From Balanoglossus misakiensis (taxonomy: Eukaryota > Animalia > Hemichordata), in assembly GCA_040954595.2 (NCBI GenBank), contig CM082587.2:2633000-2696999 (forward strand): a stretch of DNA of 64,000 nucleotides. The letters run 5' to 3'. Below are positions 15,003 through 28,961 of this stretch, one piece after another. Made by a program: the position numbers and the translations under genes. The number at the start of each line of letters is the position of its first letter. Positions within the stretch are counted from its first letter, which is position 1. The notes below the pieces were generated by a model. It did no database searches and had not been told where the DNA came from. It worked only from the letters and a program-made list of their open reading frames with translations.

Positions 15003-15186
15003 CTCCAAGGCGACGGCACAACTACCAGACCAGAATCAAAATGAGCCACACGACAACGTGACACTGGGTGGTTTTTGTACGACCAAAAACTAACACCTGG
15101 TCACGCTAATATGTTAAATAAAAAAAGAAATAAACATAGGTGCACCTGGCCACAAAAACAATAGAAAAACTTCTCCTACGTAACAA
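15003..15186 (+). repeat. Noncoding element, copy 1 (homologous to 38761-38953)
   Basis: Collinear shared blocks: ctccaag, acaacgtg, acacctggtcacgc(t/a)aatat, cacctgg(c/t)cacaaaa, aaacttct, ctacgtaacaa. Confidence 0.7.
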
Positions 15187-16159
15187 GAGTTTCGGAAAAG
15201 CGGATAAAAAGCGCCACCAGTGTCAAGAAACGCCTGGCAGTCACCGATCTGCATAAACGGTCCACAGTTCAGCACTAACTGGCGTAACGGATGAAAGATT
15301 CGGCCAATCAAATCGCATATAGGACAGAGTAATCAGCATAAAATTTTAATAAAAGTGTAATTGCCCGAATGGCGATCTTTTCTCGACTAGTTAATGGGAT
15401 TATTATTTTTTGATTACATGGTAATTGCTTTCTACATTAATTTCTTGATCGATTAGTCACTATTCCAATTGCAAGACATGTGCGAATGCAGGTAAATCTA
15501 TTCTGGTCTCTCTGAGGCCTCAGTGTTGTGTTTGTATAGCTCGTGGATAGCGAGGCGCCGCTCTGTGTCACGAATGAACGGCCGTCTCCATGTACAGTAA
15601 TTGGCTTGTTGACTTAACGGAAGTCATTCCTGTGATGCTCAGATCAGCGGCTGTGCGGTATAAGTGGGGAGGGCGATTGGCGTTATCCAATGGCACGTAG
15701 AGCTATAAAGTTAAATTTATCGAATGAAGTATGGACGGCGATTTCTTTCGATCACGCCGGCGCTGAGTGTCCAGTCTAAGACTTCCAACCGCGGTGTAAG
15801 TTTGATTGGGGGCAACACGCGCGTTTAAAACGAAAACGTCCGTTTTTCGTGAAAAACGACGGCAAACCACAGGCACAGCGGGTTGTGTGACGGACGGACA
15901 ACATCTTGAATCATCCACAGCTACATCGCACTTCTATTTCACGCGTGTGATTACAAAAAAAGACCAACACGTTTTATTGTAGCATCGCCAAGCCATTAAT
16001 TCCCGCTGACTATTCAGATACCTCTCAGTTACCGCGTTAATCTCATAATTTCATCGGTCTTATCCGTGATCCTTTTGAACACTACCCGCGAATTAATTCC
16101 CTTATTTAAGGCATGTTTAAGGAGCTCGCCACAATCATCATAGGAGACTTAATTCCACT

Positions 16160-16200
16160 TCGTTCGTTCATTCATTCATTCATTCTTTCATTCATTCATC
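16160..16200. repeat. Degenerate (TTCA)n microsatellite
   Basis: ttcgttcgttcattcattcattcattctttcattcattcat. Confidence 0.8.
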
Positions 16201-19200
16201 TACCATCCATCCAATCAACACCAATAAAATGCAATCACTGATAAGACTGCCCCCCCCCCTGTTTCTTCAAGAATTCTTCTCAGAAGCGGAAGAAAATCGA
16301 GAAATTCAAATCGCGGTGGGCAAATTCAGGGACTGTCTTTTTAGAGTTTTGATTGGGGAGCAATTCATACAAGGAGGTTTAATTACGTCCCCCTCTTTCT
16401 TCCATTCAGTGTTTTAATTGAAAAAGAAGTCGGGGTAGACACTTCCATTTATCTAGACGCCGATTGTTATTGTTTTGCTATTTTCCCACAATTGGCGGGC
16501 TCTAATGCTTTTCAATAGGAGGGATTCGGTAACGAATTCGATTGGAAAGCGATCCGTTTTGTCTACTTGTTACAGCCAAAGTGATCCGACCTCTCTTGTC
16601 CCATTGAACACCGGTATGCGGCATTTGCATCTTGGATACTCACAAGAGGGTTTTTTTGTTATAATAGGTGTTGTTTTGTGTTTTGGAGAAATACTAGGAG
16701 CGGATTAGCCCTCACAGGCCGTGCCTCATTATCCGAGCAGAGCTTTGTTTTAGTATACATTAAATCGGGGACTCAGTGTCAAAGATCAGATCGGAGAGGA
16801 GCGAGGGACAACAAACATTGGCAATCCCATTAAATCGAGACAGGGCAGGTTCAATAGTCTGTTATTTTTTCAAAATGGTCGCCGTTGTGTGTGTAACTCT
16901 CCCATAGTCAGAGTCAAAGCCTTCGGTGACGGAGAATGGGACCTCAATGGCACGATTTCCCGATACTTGTACATACATACATACATCCATTCAGTGTAGG
17001 GTATTTGAAATATCTGGCACATGAAAACTAAATTTTGCAAATTTCTTTCTTTTTTTCGGAAAAAAAGCAAATTTAAATCGAAATGTTAATTCTATAGTGA
17101 GTCTGTCGCCAGGTGTTTGTACGGCGCAGTCTCGTTTTAACGCGTCATTGCAATGACCTGGCTCTATCTCCTCGCATGTATATGTATGCAAGTGCGATTT
17201 ATTAAACGGAAATTGGACAGTTTCCACGCGAACATGGAACTCTTCTCTTGATCTGGGTATCAAATCTAAAATTTGTGACCGTAGACGAAATTTTTTGCAC
17301 TTTGATGAGCGGAAAAAACGCAAAGACTAGAAATGAAAATCCCGACGCGGCGTCTTGAGTGACTGTGCGTGGATGTTGACTCCTTTTCCCGGAGATTTTT
17401 GCCACGTTGATCTCCAAGAGAAATGAACAGCAATCCATGGTTGTTCTTTTCAGGCGTAGGGCACATGATTGCAGGCATAATTTGTTCGTTTCACTTGTAT
17501 AGACTGAGGAAAATCGGCCGAGATTCGGTCTTTGTCCGAGCTTTGTCACACACCACCGTTAGTGGACCTCTGAATAACCTCATTACCCCAGCCATCCCAG
17601 CGGAAAACAAATCTTCTGTCTCGTATTCTTCGCCAGAATTGAAAATCTTTTCAGGGATACCCTATTTTGTTGTCGTGTTTAAAGGAAACTTTTCAGAGCC
17701 AGCCCACCAGAAAAACGAAGCCCGTGTTTAAGTGTCACATCGACTATCATAGACGGGTCTAATTATAGACGCAGCGCGCCCGACTTCTCTCTCCGATCGC
17801 GTCTTGTAGTCGGCCGGCGCAGAGATAACGGACACGAGTTAGGGACGCGTTTTTTTCACGGAGTTTCGAAAATCGTGTCGAAGAACGGTATGCTGATTTA
17901 AGTAAAATGCAAAAGAGGTGACCACACACTAACATATTCCGGTTTAACCAGTTTTGGGAGTGCACTGAATTATGATGGAATGCTTCGATTCTTTTTGTAA
18001 TTATCGGCCACGAACCAGCAGTTCATGCCTTGACCAACATATAGCATATCCCTGTCGTCGTTTGATCGCCACTATACAATTCACTGCGCTCGCTCGGCAC
18101 TGACAAACCGTTTACCGGTCGGACCTTGGTTAGATTGCAACAGTAACTAGCTAGTCCGGTCTGGCCAAAAGTTTTACATTACTAAGACGTGTGTTGTCGA
18201 TCACGTATGATACTGAACGTATACTAAGTACATATACATGTACATATTTAGTACACACACACATACACACGCACACAAACACGCACACAAGTTATGGTCA
18301 GGCGAGGCACACCGAACATTTCATTATCTTCTTGAGTCTTTTGAATACAGGTGGATGCGATGGACAAAGATTAGCCACAAATGGGAGTTTTGGCGCTCAA
18401 TAAAAAGTCTGTGGGGGGCATCATTGTGAAAATTCGGTGTTGCAGATTACCTGTCACTTACAATTTTTAATTTGGTCATTGTGGCTTTGTGTCATTGCCC
18501 CCCCCCCCCCCCACACGAACACAGGCACACAAGCAGGAGGAGAATCACCACCGCTTACCAATATGGTTTTGCTTGCTCTAATCAAACGCCTAGACAATCG
18601 TTGAACCAGCATTCAATTGCCGACTGAATAAAATGTGTCGTGTGTACGTGCTAAAGAAAATTGAAAAAAAAATGTATATAATTTAACAAAAATAATAATA
18701 ATAATTTTAAAGGGGTGAAAACATTCTGAAGTTTGATGACAATCGCGATAGGGACCATGCGGCGGGAACCACAAGCAGGCGGGCGATCACCAGCAATGCG
18801 TGAGGCTGTCACTGAATGCGAGGCGAGATTCTGGACCTACGTGCATTTCCGACGAGGTTGTTCGTCCTTGCGGTTGGCGGTATTGTAAACTCTAACAATG
18901 GCCAACCCTCCGCCATCATCGAGCGAGAAAAAAAGATATCCCGTCGGTTGGGAATTCACAAAGAAAACAGACATCCGCAACAGCGGCCACGGGAAACCGA
19001 GGAGTGGTACTACAGCTTGCATAGTCTGACCACAGTTGAGCATTTTGCCGGCGTAAAACTGCTCATCTGTTCGTTGAGCAGGGTTAGCTCACGTTTACTT
19101 GAGAAGAACACGAGAAAATGGCTTGACGTTCATATAAGCCATGCATCTCTCCACGAAGGAGGAAAAAAGACATAAGGATGTACAGACTGTCTTAGACACA

Positions 19201-22151
19201 TCTCGTTGGCATGAATAGAATAAAAAGCGGATGGTTACAGGTAACAGGGAACGAAGGAGTCGGTGTTACTTAAATTTAACAATGACAATCGTAATAAATG
19301 AACCAACACAAGATGTCCTTCACAATAAAAGAAAAAAAAACACTTCATAAACCAAACCAGATACAATCAGTTGGCCAGAATTCCGAAAGCCTGTCAAACT
19401 CGACGAGAAAGCCAGGCCGGCCATATTTGCGTCAAATTGGACGACGTGTTTGACGTGACGGGTAATCATAGGGGTCCGGTTGGGCATCTGTTGAACCAAC
19501 AAAGAGGAACATGGCCTTATTATCGGGACATCAAGCTATAGACTGAATCACTTCTGTGAAAAATGCTGCAACGGTTTTTTTTTATCGCGTTTCAAGATTT
19601 GCCCGTGATGGCCGATTGATTAGAGGGGCAAGGCCGCCATCTTTTGTGTAATTTCTTCAGAGAAAGAAAAGGGGGTTTGTGGCCGCGTGCTGTGTCGACG
19701 AGACGGACATCACGCTACTGTTTCCGAAACTCAGTCGGAGAAACACACTCCATCACCTAAACGCTGTCTGGGTATAGTATACAGTGTATATGGTGTTGAA
19801 TGACACGCTCGTATAAATTGTCACACGCGTCCCCACCCCACCCCCACCCCGTCGGCATCATGCCGTGGTTGTCACACACCTACAGACGGAGCAGCATCCG
19901 TGGTGACCAACAGTCCATCACATATCATCCAGTTATCCGGCAAACAACTAAAACAACACAAAAAAACACAACCATAAACGATATGCGTTGGGGATTTGTA
20001 TCCTCTGTTTAAGGGAAACGCGCTGATCGCGATCTGTGTTAAACAACCCATTCATTCATTATTATCCAAAGAATTGCAGCGCACCAAATAATCTATAAGG
20101 TGATAAATGGTGTGTGTGTTATTTCACCGTCGAATGCAAATTGGTTTAACTCATTTCGAAATTCGAGTTATTAGGAAAAGTGTCATTTAAAAAAAAAACA
20201 ATAGAACGTCGTTGTCTGTGGATTTACGAGTGTAATGGCAAAATTGTTTCGAAATTGACATGTGGTCATGGACATTTTTTGTTTCTTGCATAACATGGGA
20301 AATTATCGCAATTATTACGTAATATATCATTTACTGTAATTCAGACAATAAGTGTTTATATGTTTAGCTGTCTATACATTCATGAGTGACGCGCCAGGAT
20401 TTTATCGAATTTGACAAAAAGGTCGGTGACATTTTTGTTTCTTGAATACTATGGGGGAATTATAGCTCATTGTTAGTGCGACTAAGATTATAAAATAAAG
20501 AGAAAATCTTACGTATATTACGACATCAGCTTTTGTTTTTCTGTAATTGGGATGGAAATGTAGAATGAGTCACGTTTTACTTGGCGTAAACATAGCCATT
20601 TTTCAAGATGATTAAACGATGACAGAGGGATGCGTCGTCGGCCAAGGAGATCTCCTATTCGACCACGACGTCGACAACATCCGCAGAACGTAAGGCAAAG
20701 CCTCGGCCCGGCGCCTACTCGCTTGCCTTGCGCGTAAGACGGTGTTAATTACGGTCGCGCCCACGTCACGAATCACCGTTATAGTTCCAACGGAACCGAG
20801 CAATAAAAATATCGCTATTTGACCAACGCATCTTTTGACCAACGGCCGACTCCTTTGATGCGGCTAAACTTCTTAATTTCCTCGCAAAAAGCGACATTAA
20901 ACGGTGAGTTAAACCGAACCTCTTCAACGACTCGGACAAATACAAGAAATAACAAGACAGTTTTTTTAAAGAGAGGACAACGAATAAACGGAAATTGTTT
21001 AGCAAGGTCGCGTATCGGGGGGAAATAGCTTCGAAAAAAAAGTTTTTTGTTCGAGTTGTTATTTTTTGTAAATAAAGCTTTGATCCGTAGATTGTAATTT
21101 TTATTCAAAGTTTTCCAAGTACTGCCTCCATTGGATGTTATCACGCAAGTACGGGTTGCTCTGTGTTTCATTACACAGATTGGGAGTGTGATGTGGACCA
21201 GCGTCCCGGCCCTCCGTAGATTGTTCTCATTGTTACACTTCGGCTTAGATAATGACGGGCTTAATCTCTCTACGCTTGAAAGGAAAGAGCCGATGCCCCA
21301 TGAATTGAACTTAATAAATAAGCCATCTGTGGCTACTATTGTATAAACGAATCAACAACGGGCAGCTTCAATAGCCCCGCTGTCCTTTCACATTTCACTG
21401 CCGTAAAGAGGTGACCGCTCTTTCACATGCTAATGCCTCCGTCCCGGCCTCAATGCCGTGTTTTTGCGATCATAGCCGAGGACCAGTCTTGTGTTGCCTC
21501 GGCTTATTTGTTTGATTGTTTAGCCGTTTGTTTAGCGCCCAAACTGCCCAGAGTGTCATCCGCGTTTACTCAGCGGTCGGCCGCGATGTCTGCTTGCCCG
21601 CTGCGCTGTCAAAACACGCGAGATATTGCCTGTAGGGGCGCGGACCGTTACCTGGATTCCGTCTGAGCACCCGTCAATAAACTATATCGTTTACAACAAA
21701 GAAAAGTCAGTTTAAAATTAGCAAAGAGTGAAAGTACCGAGGTTACTGATATTCCAAGATTCCCGGGACCCATTTCAAAGTACTGCTGCGGCCGGTCTCG
21801 GCGACTGGAAGTTTCTGCTCAGCGGAGCTCGTCCGGCATCGTCGTCAGCTTTGTGACTGACACAAAAGCGAACGATTATGACCGGAACAAGCGAAGCAGA
21901 AAGCAACCGCCAATCAGAGAGCGGCGTTTTGTTATCGTTCCCCCAATTTGCTAAACTCATTTTAAATGAGGCTTTTGTAGAGTGAGAACATCTCTGCGCA
22001 TGTGGACTTATCAGAAGGCATTCCGTCGTTTTACACACGCACACATATATATACAAACACAGTCACACACAACACCTCATACAGTCGACGGGACCGCGTG
22101 TTTAAAAGCTTCCACACGAGAGGCGGCGTAAACTGTCACTCTCTCTCCGCT

Positions 22152-22224
22152 CCCATTGGCTAGGGAGAAATTAACGACAACTTGCGAGGTAGTGGTATTT
22201 TCCTATTTAAGTAGTTTATAAAAA
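22152..22224 (+). promoter_or_regulatory. Candidate core promoter of BarH paralog B (inverted CCAAT box and TATA box)
   Basis: ATTGG at about 22155 and TATAAAA at 22217-22223, upstream of a candidate 5'UTR intron (22456-22586) and the ATG at 22795. Motif match only. Confidence 0.35.
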
Positions 22225-22794
22225 CTTCGTTTTAGATGTGCTAACTCCCCGATTATTACACGCAGCCGCAGAACACGTGTGCGGGTTGCTTCGGAAAGAG
22301 AGAGAACTAGGTTTCCGTTCTCGGTCGTCCAAATTCAGTACAAACGCGTCCGTACAACACGGAAGCAGACTCGTTGTGCCTGATTTATTATATAGATCAC
22401 GAGACATTTTTTTGCGCTTCCACATCGGATGATGAGTTCTTTTCTCATTACTTGGGTAAGCAAAACGTTTCATATATTTTTTTCAGCGGATTGGTCACAA
22501 ACTACAGTTATTAGCATCACGATGTAATGTGTTTTCGTTTTGTTACATTTAAATGTGTGCTAACTCTTTGCTTTGACTTTGCACAGGATGGTCATTGCGT
22601 AAACTGGTGATCCCTATTCGCCAACGTGAATTAAGCAGCGTCCGGACTCAAGATTTATCACCTTGCTTGTATAACTTTCGACAAGGACTTCATCACGGTG
22701 AATAATTTTGCTCGGGAGTGGTGAAATCGTCTTGGAGTTCTTCGCTTCTTATTTTGTTCTTGCGTGGCCAGGCCCCGGTGTAACGACAGCGCAG

Positions 22795-23347
22795 ATGACA
22801 GATGACCGGACTAGAATGAAAGATTTCAAATCGAATTTCGTTTCCGAGGACCTCGACATCATGGACGGCAGCGCGTTCAGCGACAGCGAAAACGAAAGGC
22901 CCAGCACGGTTAGCAGCACGGACGGGGAGATCGACAGCGGCGCCGGTAGACACCATCCGCTCTACGCCGCCAACAAAACGAACGATGGCGAGGACGTGGC
23001 GGCGGTGTTGCTGCACCGTGCCGTCCCGCCACCGGCGGACCAGCCGAGAACGACGGCATCGTCCTTTCTTATCCGGGACATCTTGAGTGACTTGAAACCC
23101 AAGGAAATCGACACAGCCTCGGCGACGTCATCAACCACAACAACAACGACGACGTCGAAAACAACAACAACGACAACACAGGACGTCAGGACGATGATTG
23201 ACGAAATGAACGACGAAATCGACAACGGCAGCGAGGACCACAACACCACGTCGACGACAGACAATCTCGAAACGAACATTACGAACTGTACCACAAATAA
23301 AAGACCTCCACCGGACGAAGATCCCCTCGACGAAAGTACAAACCAAG
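22795..23347 (+). CDS. BarH: BarH/BARHL homeobox gene paralog B, coding exon 1 (eh1/FIL motif, Thr-rich tract)
   Basis: GC3-rich ORF MTDDRTRMKDF...; eh1-type SSFLIRDIL (FLIRDIL at 23065-23085); ends AAC CAA G|gtgagt (phase 1), matching exon 2. The start could instead be the downstream in-frame ATG (MKDF or MDGS). Confidence 0.85.
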
Positions 23348-25996
23348 GTGAGTACCCTTACATGTCAATTTCGGAAACGCGCTCATGCAGCGCGTCGATT
23401 TGAAAACATTCCCAAAGCACAGTTAGCCTATAGTTCAATATAACTGTCACGACCACTTCAAGAAAGGAAATTTTTATAACTATACGTGTAAAACAACAAT
23501 TAACCTTGATCAATTCACCGAGTTTCTGATACACAAAGAAGCATAACATTCCTGTGTATATCAAGGCGTAAACAGAGTCCAGGCAAGGGGGTACATTAAA
23601 CTATATATTCTCCAGTATGGGCCTACGTAGAAGAATGGGGGAAATGTATACAAACAATAACGCTATATCATAAAACGAATTTTTAAGGCAGTGCTACTGC
23701 GGTTATTCTTTTTTCTCAAATACGCCAGTTAAGTTCAAAGAACGCGGCCTGGTGTTAGCAAAGGGTCGGAGGGTAACACTTTCTCTTGTTTTGTTTAGGT
23801 CGGTTTCAATCGTTGTGTAGGCTGCCTAATATCCTGTATAATCAGAAAGGCCCGTAGCCAGAGAAATCTTTAACGAAGGAACGAAAATCGCGATTGTGTA
23901 GTGCTGTGATCGCCCTAACTTGTGCTGTTTAACATCACATAGCGAACTGTTACACAAATAAGAGACCACAACCCAACGTGGAACTCCTTGGCGGCAAGAA
24001 AACTAAAAGAGCGCCTTCGCTATATGAATCTACCGAGAACCCATGACTGTTCTACGACATTAAGGCGTCTCTTCCCGCTGAGGTCGATCATTATTACCGG
24101 CGACCATCGCCCTTCGCCGACTCAGGCAGACCATACTGATCTTCACAGCTCTGTCGCGGTTTCATTTTTTGTCCAAAAGGGCTTAAATTAACATGGTGAT
24201 TGACTGTTAATTTGTTAGTGCTAAAATTTCATTAAATTAAGGCGATGAAAAGAAATGATTTTACAACAGACGGTGGGTAAACATGATCGGGTGACGGAAA
24301 ATGGAAAATTCAATTAATAACACCGACCAATTTCGAGAAAATATGCGAAGGGTTTCAAAGTTGTTTTACGTTATATGTCATGGAAAATAGCAAAGTTTGT
24401 GGGGTTGATCCTGTTTTGATTACGTTCGTGATGGGATCGAAGAAACGACAACTTTCGTGGAAAATGACTCTTGCGGTCTTCGGATTGCAACCGATTTTAG
24501 AAGTTGTTCGTCGCGCGTGTTTACCAATCGATGATAGCCAAACATTAGAGAATATTGTTTTCAGTCCCGGGCTCGGCGCAGCATGGTTGACTGGCGGTGT
24601 ACACGCGCTAACCTCTCCGATGCGAAACTCTCCGCGCACGGTCAGCTCAGACGCGGTGCCACGGTGCGAGTGACTCCGGTCTGTATGATGATGGCGCACC
24701 GTGTCGGCGAGGAACGACACACGGAACGGAATTCAATGATAACCCGAACAGACAAACTGACCTGAACAACAAACGGCTTTATTCTCTGGGCGAAAACTGA
24801 ACAATTTCGCATCGGTTGAACCATTAAAACCGTAAATTTGAAGCGCGCATCGCGTACGTGGACTTGAACGAGATCGACATGACGCCCATCAGGTGCGAAG
24901 GTCGACCCCTCCAAAGACAAACCCAGTCCCCACTCTCTACCAAACCTTTCTAGAGCATCGAAATCAATAAAAATTGCCCACGTTTCTTTATTTCGTTAAC
25001 GGCACGACCCCGCGATTGGCCAGAGTTTCTCACTTGTAATATCTGCCGGCGCGACGAGTTCGTGAAAAGTAGTGTGTGTACCAGTATATGCAAGAGTCAC
25101 ATCGGGGAATTTGGAACGGGTCAGCGGGCTTGCATCCACTCCCGGAAGCAGAGGGCACTGAAAGGTCTCGTGACGCGTATTGTCATACCGTCATGTACAA
25201 TGTAGAGTGACCGGTGGCTTTTCATATACACGTTCGATTTTTTCCCACCCCGGCCTTTATCATTGTTCAGAGCGATAGATAAATTCCGCTCGATATATCC
25301 ACAGATTGGGAGAAATCTGCTGTTTTCGAACTTTCTACATCTTGCTGGGACTAGCATTCAAATATTCTCGGAAAGCAGGGACTCGGTTACGATGGATAAG
25401 CAGAATCCACAACAACAAAAATAACTGGTACAGAAATTAAAAAATAAGGGAGGCGGTGTCAACCACGAGAAAGTCCTTCATCAAAATCTAGTATCACTTA
25501 GATTACATATCCACATCCAAATGCCGCTCACGGGGCAAAAAAATCAATAACTGTTTTGGCCGATATTCGGGCTTGATATCAAATATTTAATTGCAAAAAT
25601 TAATGAAGTGTGAAGGACGATTTATAGATTCATCTCCGGCCTCGTTCCCGATCTTCAGAAGACTGGCCTTCTGGGGCCTGGTTGATGACTACGATATTGA
25701 TGGTCTGCGCACAACGATTAGTCCCCCTTAACTGGTTCTGTGGCTTTGATCGAGATGTCAGATACAGACAGCCAACACTTGCATACATAAGAAGTTAGGG
25801 GAAATTACAGAGTTTCAAACAAAAATTCTTTTGGTGATACGTTTTACGAACAAAGGAAAGAAACCCAGTCAGTATTGCTTTTACAAGGGAGAGTCCCTTT
25901 AAAGTGGTCCCATCAGATTGGTTACATCACGCGATTGTTAACTGCCCGCTTGTGCGAGTCCGAGGGGGCTATTAATGGACCATAAATTTGGGCTGA

Positions 25997-26347
<351 letters not shown>

Positions 26348-28696
26348 TGAGCGCTCCGTTCATTCACCCAGGTGGTCTTAACACAACTGTGACGGACATC
26401 CATTTTTTGAAAACTTGTATTATTTGTAGGGCTGACATTCGCGAAACCGTTTCTATTGATACGCGACGGGGGCGCTGCTTTCGCGTATTGTTGAACGCCG
26501 GTGCGCGTGGTAATCTGGTCACGGTGTTGACAGGTGCTCGTTCGATGCGCCACGCAATAAATCGACTAACAATCAAAATTGACCAATATTATCAAAATAT
26601 CGATGATGATAACGACGTCCAAGATACACTATCAGTCAGTAGATTTATTATCCGGACAAAGATGGCGACCTTTTTCTCACTGACTATACAGAAGGCTGCG
26701 TATTGGCCGTTAACGTTAATGTGTTTCCGCCATACGGAGGAAGGGTTGGCTCCATAATTTTATTTCGGTGTAATTGCCGTTTAAATGAAATATAATAAAC
26801 TCGAGTCTACAACTCCAAATTTTTGTTGTGTGATGGTAAAAGATGTCGATTTGACGCCTTTTGCTTCGACCTTTGACCTCTGCAGCCGAAACCAATTAAA
26901 AGAAATCTAAGAGTCTTCCCAACAGCATTTCCACCTCTCTCGTGAATTGTATCTAAAAATTCAATTACGGGATGATCCTTTGGTCCTCGGGAAATCTGTT
27001 AAGTTTTGCAAATTTCCTTCAGTTTTCGAGGCAAAAGAGCGAGAGGTCGGTGGCTGGTTGATGTGCTCGACTGATTGTAAGGTGGGAAAAGCTTTCTTTA
27101 GTTTTTAACTCGCAGCGCCTCCTCGTCCCCCAGAAAAAAACGGGAAATTAATTCTGAATCACTTTTTTAGTTTTCGTTCCCAATAACCCACAAAAACAAT
27201 AAAATGAAAAGGCATCTTCTTATTAGTCTTAATGATCGCGTTTTTTACCAGACTTTCAAGAATTGTCACAGATTTGAAGCTGTCGTCATCACTCCCGCAA
27301 AATGCAAATGTATACTGACATTGGGTCGACGCTTTGGGACTTTTTTCTTTATCTCAACGCGGTCTCTTTTTGCCGCTGTGGCCTGGCTAATTAGAAGACC
27401 CACATTCGCGCTGACATCACGACAGAAAGATAGATCATCGTTCAGATTTATACTCAAGAAAAAAGAAAGGTCCGCCATTTTTCTCACATCTGATGAGAGT
27501 CAGTAAATCCGCGGCACTGTTGCCTTTTCCCTATTATCTGTCGCCTGCGTATTGTTTTTCCCCTTGTTTCGCCAATAATCGTTGTTTGTTGATGGAGTTA
27601 ATTTCAACGGCTTTGATTTCTGTAGTAACGGGACTTATACTCATTGTGTCGCTTCAAAGGAGAAATGTAGCTCTTATTGAAACTCTTTGTAGCCAGGTAT
27701 TCTCCGCAGAAATCGGTTTGTAATGGAAACTGTCGCTAGTCAGGGCGCATAAAAGACGCGGATGAAACTTCCCCGTGCTACTGTTATTAGTTTTTTCAGC
27801 TTTGCACAGTTTTTTAAAACCGACAAAAGACAAGACTTGTTTGGTTTGGTAATCGCTCCGACGTAATCTCAAAATGCAGGGTTTCGGAAGGGATTTTTGT
27901 AAAAAGAGTAAATGGAGGTAGGGATGAAAGCAAGACAAAGTGCGCCGTGTGATTTCAGGCAATCAAAAGCGGACTGTTTTTCTGTGTGAAAGCTCCTCAA
28001 AGGTTTATCAACTTGACAAGAATGAAGTGTCAGCGGAAAGTTAGTGGCTCAGAAAAATGAGAAATTGGAAATTCGTACATGAATTCCCCGAAAGAAAGCC
28101 ACATTGTAAAACGTTTTGTCCGCATTGAAGGTGCCATCACCATATTGTAATTGGCTACAACTTCTAGGAGGGCAGCGACCGGTTTCGAATTAATGAAGGG
28201 GAATTTTTCACAAGCTCAACAGCACGTGAACAATGAGCTTTCTCATAAAAAAAGTTAGGGTGGTGAAACAAGACCATGTTGACGTGTGGCCTTGCTCTGG
28301 CATGATTCGCATTTGCGGCTAACTTGGCAGCTTGTACAAGAATGAAGAAAGGAACAAGAGTTGTCAGAAAATCTTGTTTTCTCAACTTGCAACTTGCCTA
28401 AAAACTACTCGCTATCGAGTGATTCAATGAAAATGCTTTCTCGCAACAGCGGCTTATTATCATGAAATGACTTGTGAGATCTCGTTTCTTTGAATGTTTG
28501 AACTGTTTCTGATATGTTTTCGCAACAGTCTCCAAAGACACCATCCCACATCGATGGCTCAAAAATCACCGGCACGAGATCATGCGATTTTTTTAGTTTG
28601 CGTCACGGGGGAATTAGCAGAATTCTTCTTAAATTTCGAGGATAAACAACAAATTTTCGTCACACTCTAACACATTTTCTCTGGGTTTTTTTGCAG

Positions 28697-28961
28697 AACC
28701 AAATGGAAAAGACAGACACAAGTTGGACTTGAACTCCTGGCCGAAGCCGGAAGTTACAACGCCATGCACCGGATGTTCCCCTCGCCCTACTTCTACCACC
28801 CGAACCAAACCATCATTTCCAACATGGACAGTCTGTACAACATCCACGGCGGGCAGAGACCCATGTTTCCCCGCATGTTCCTTCACGGACTCCAGCAACA
28901 CCTGAACCACCTTCCCGTCACCCCGAGGCCTCTACATCCGGGCCAGCCGCTGCCCCACTGA
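28697..28961 (+). CDS. BarH: BarH/BARHL paralog B, coding exon 3
   Basis: tttttttgcag acceptor, phase 2; TKWKRQTQVGLELLAEAGSYNAMHRMFPSPYFYHP matches the conserved post-homeodomain motif of vertebrate BARHL proteins (GLELLAEAGNY..QRMFPSPYFY). Spliced CDS 553+214+265=1032 nt, 343 aa. Confidence 0.96.

Noticed and set aside
22693-23346. Minus-strand ORFs including a poly-Val protein
   Set aside because: Antisense shadows of the GC3-rich BarH exon 1 and its Thr tract.
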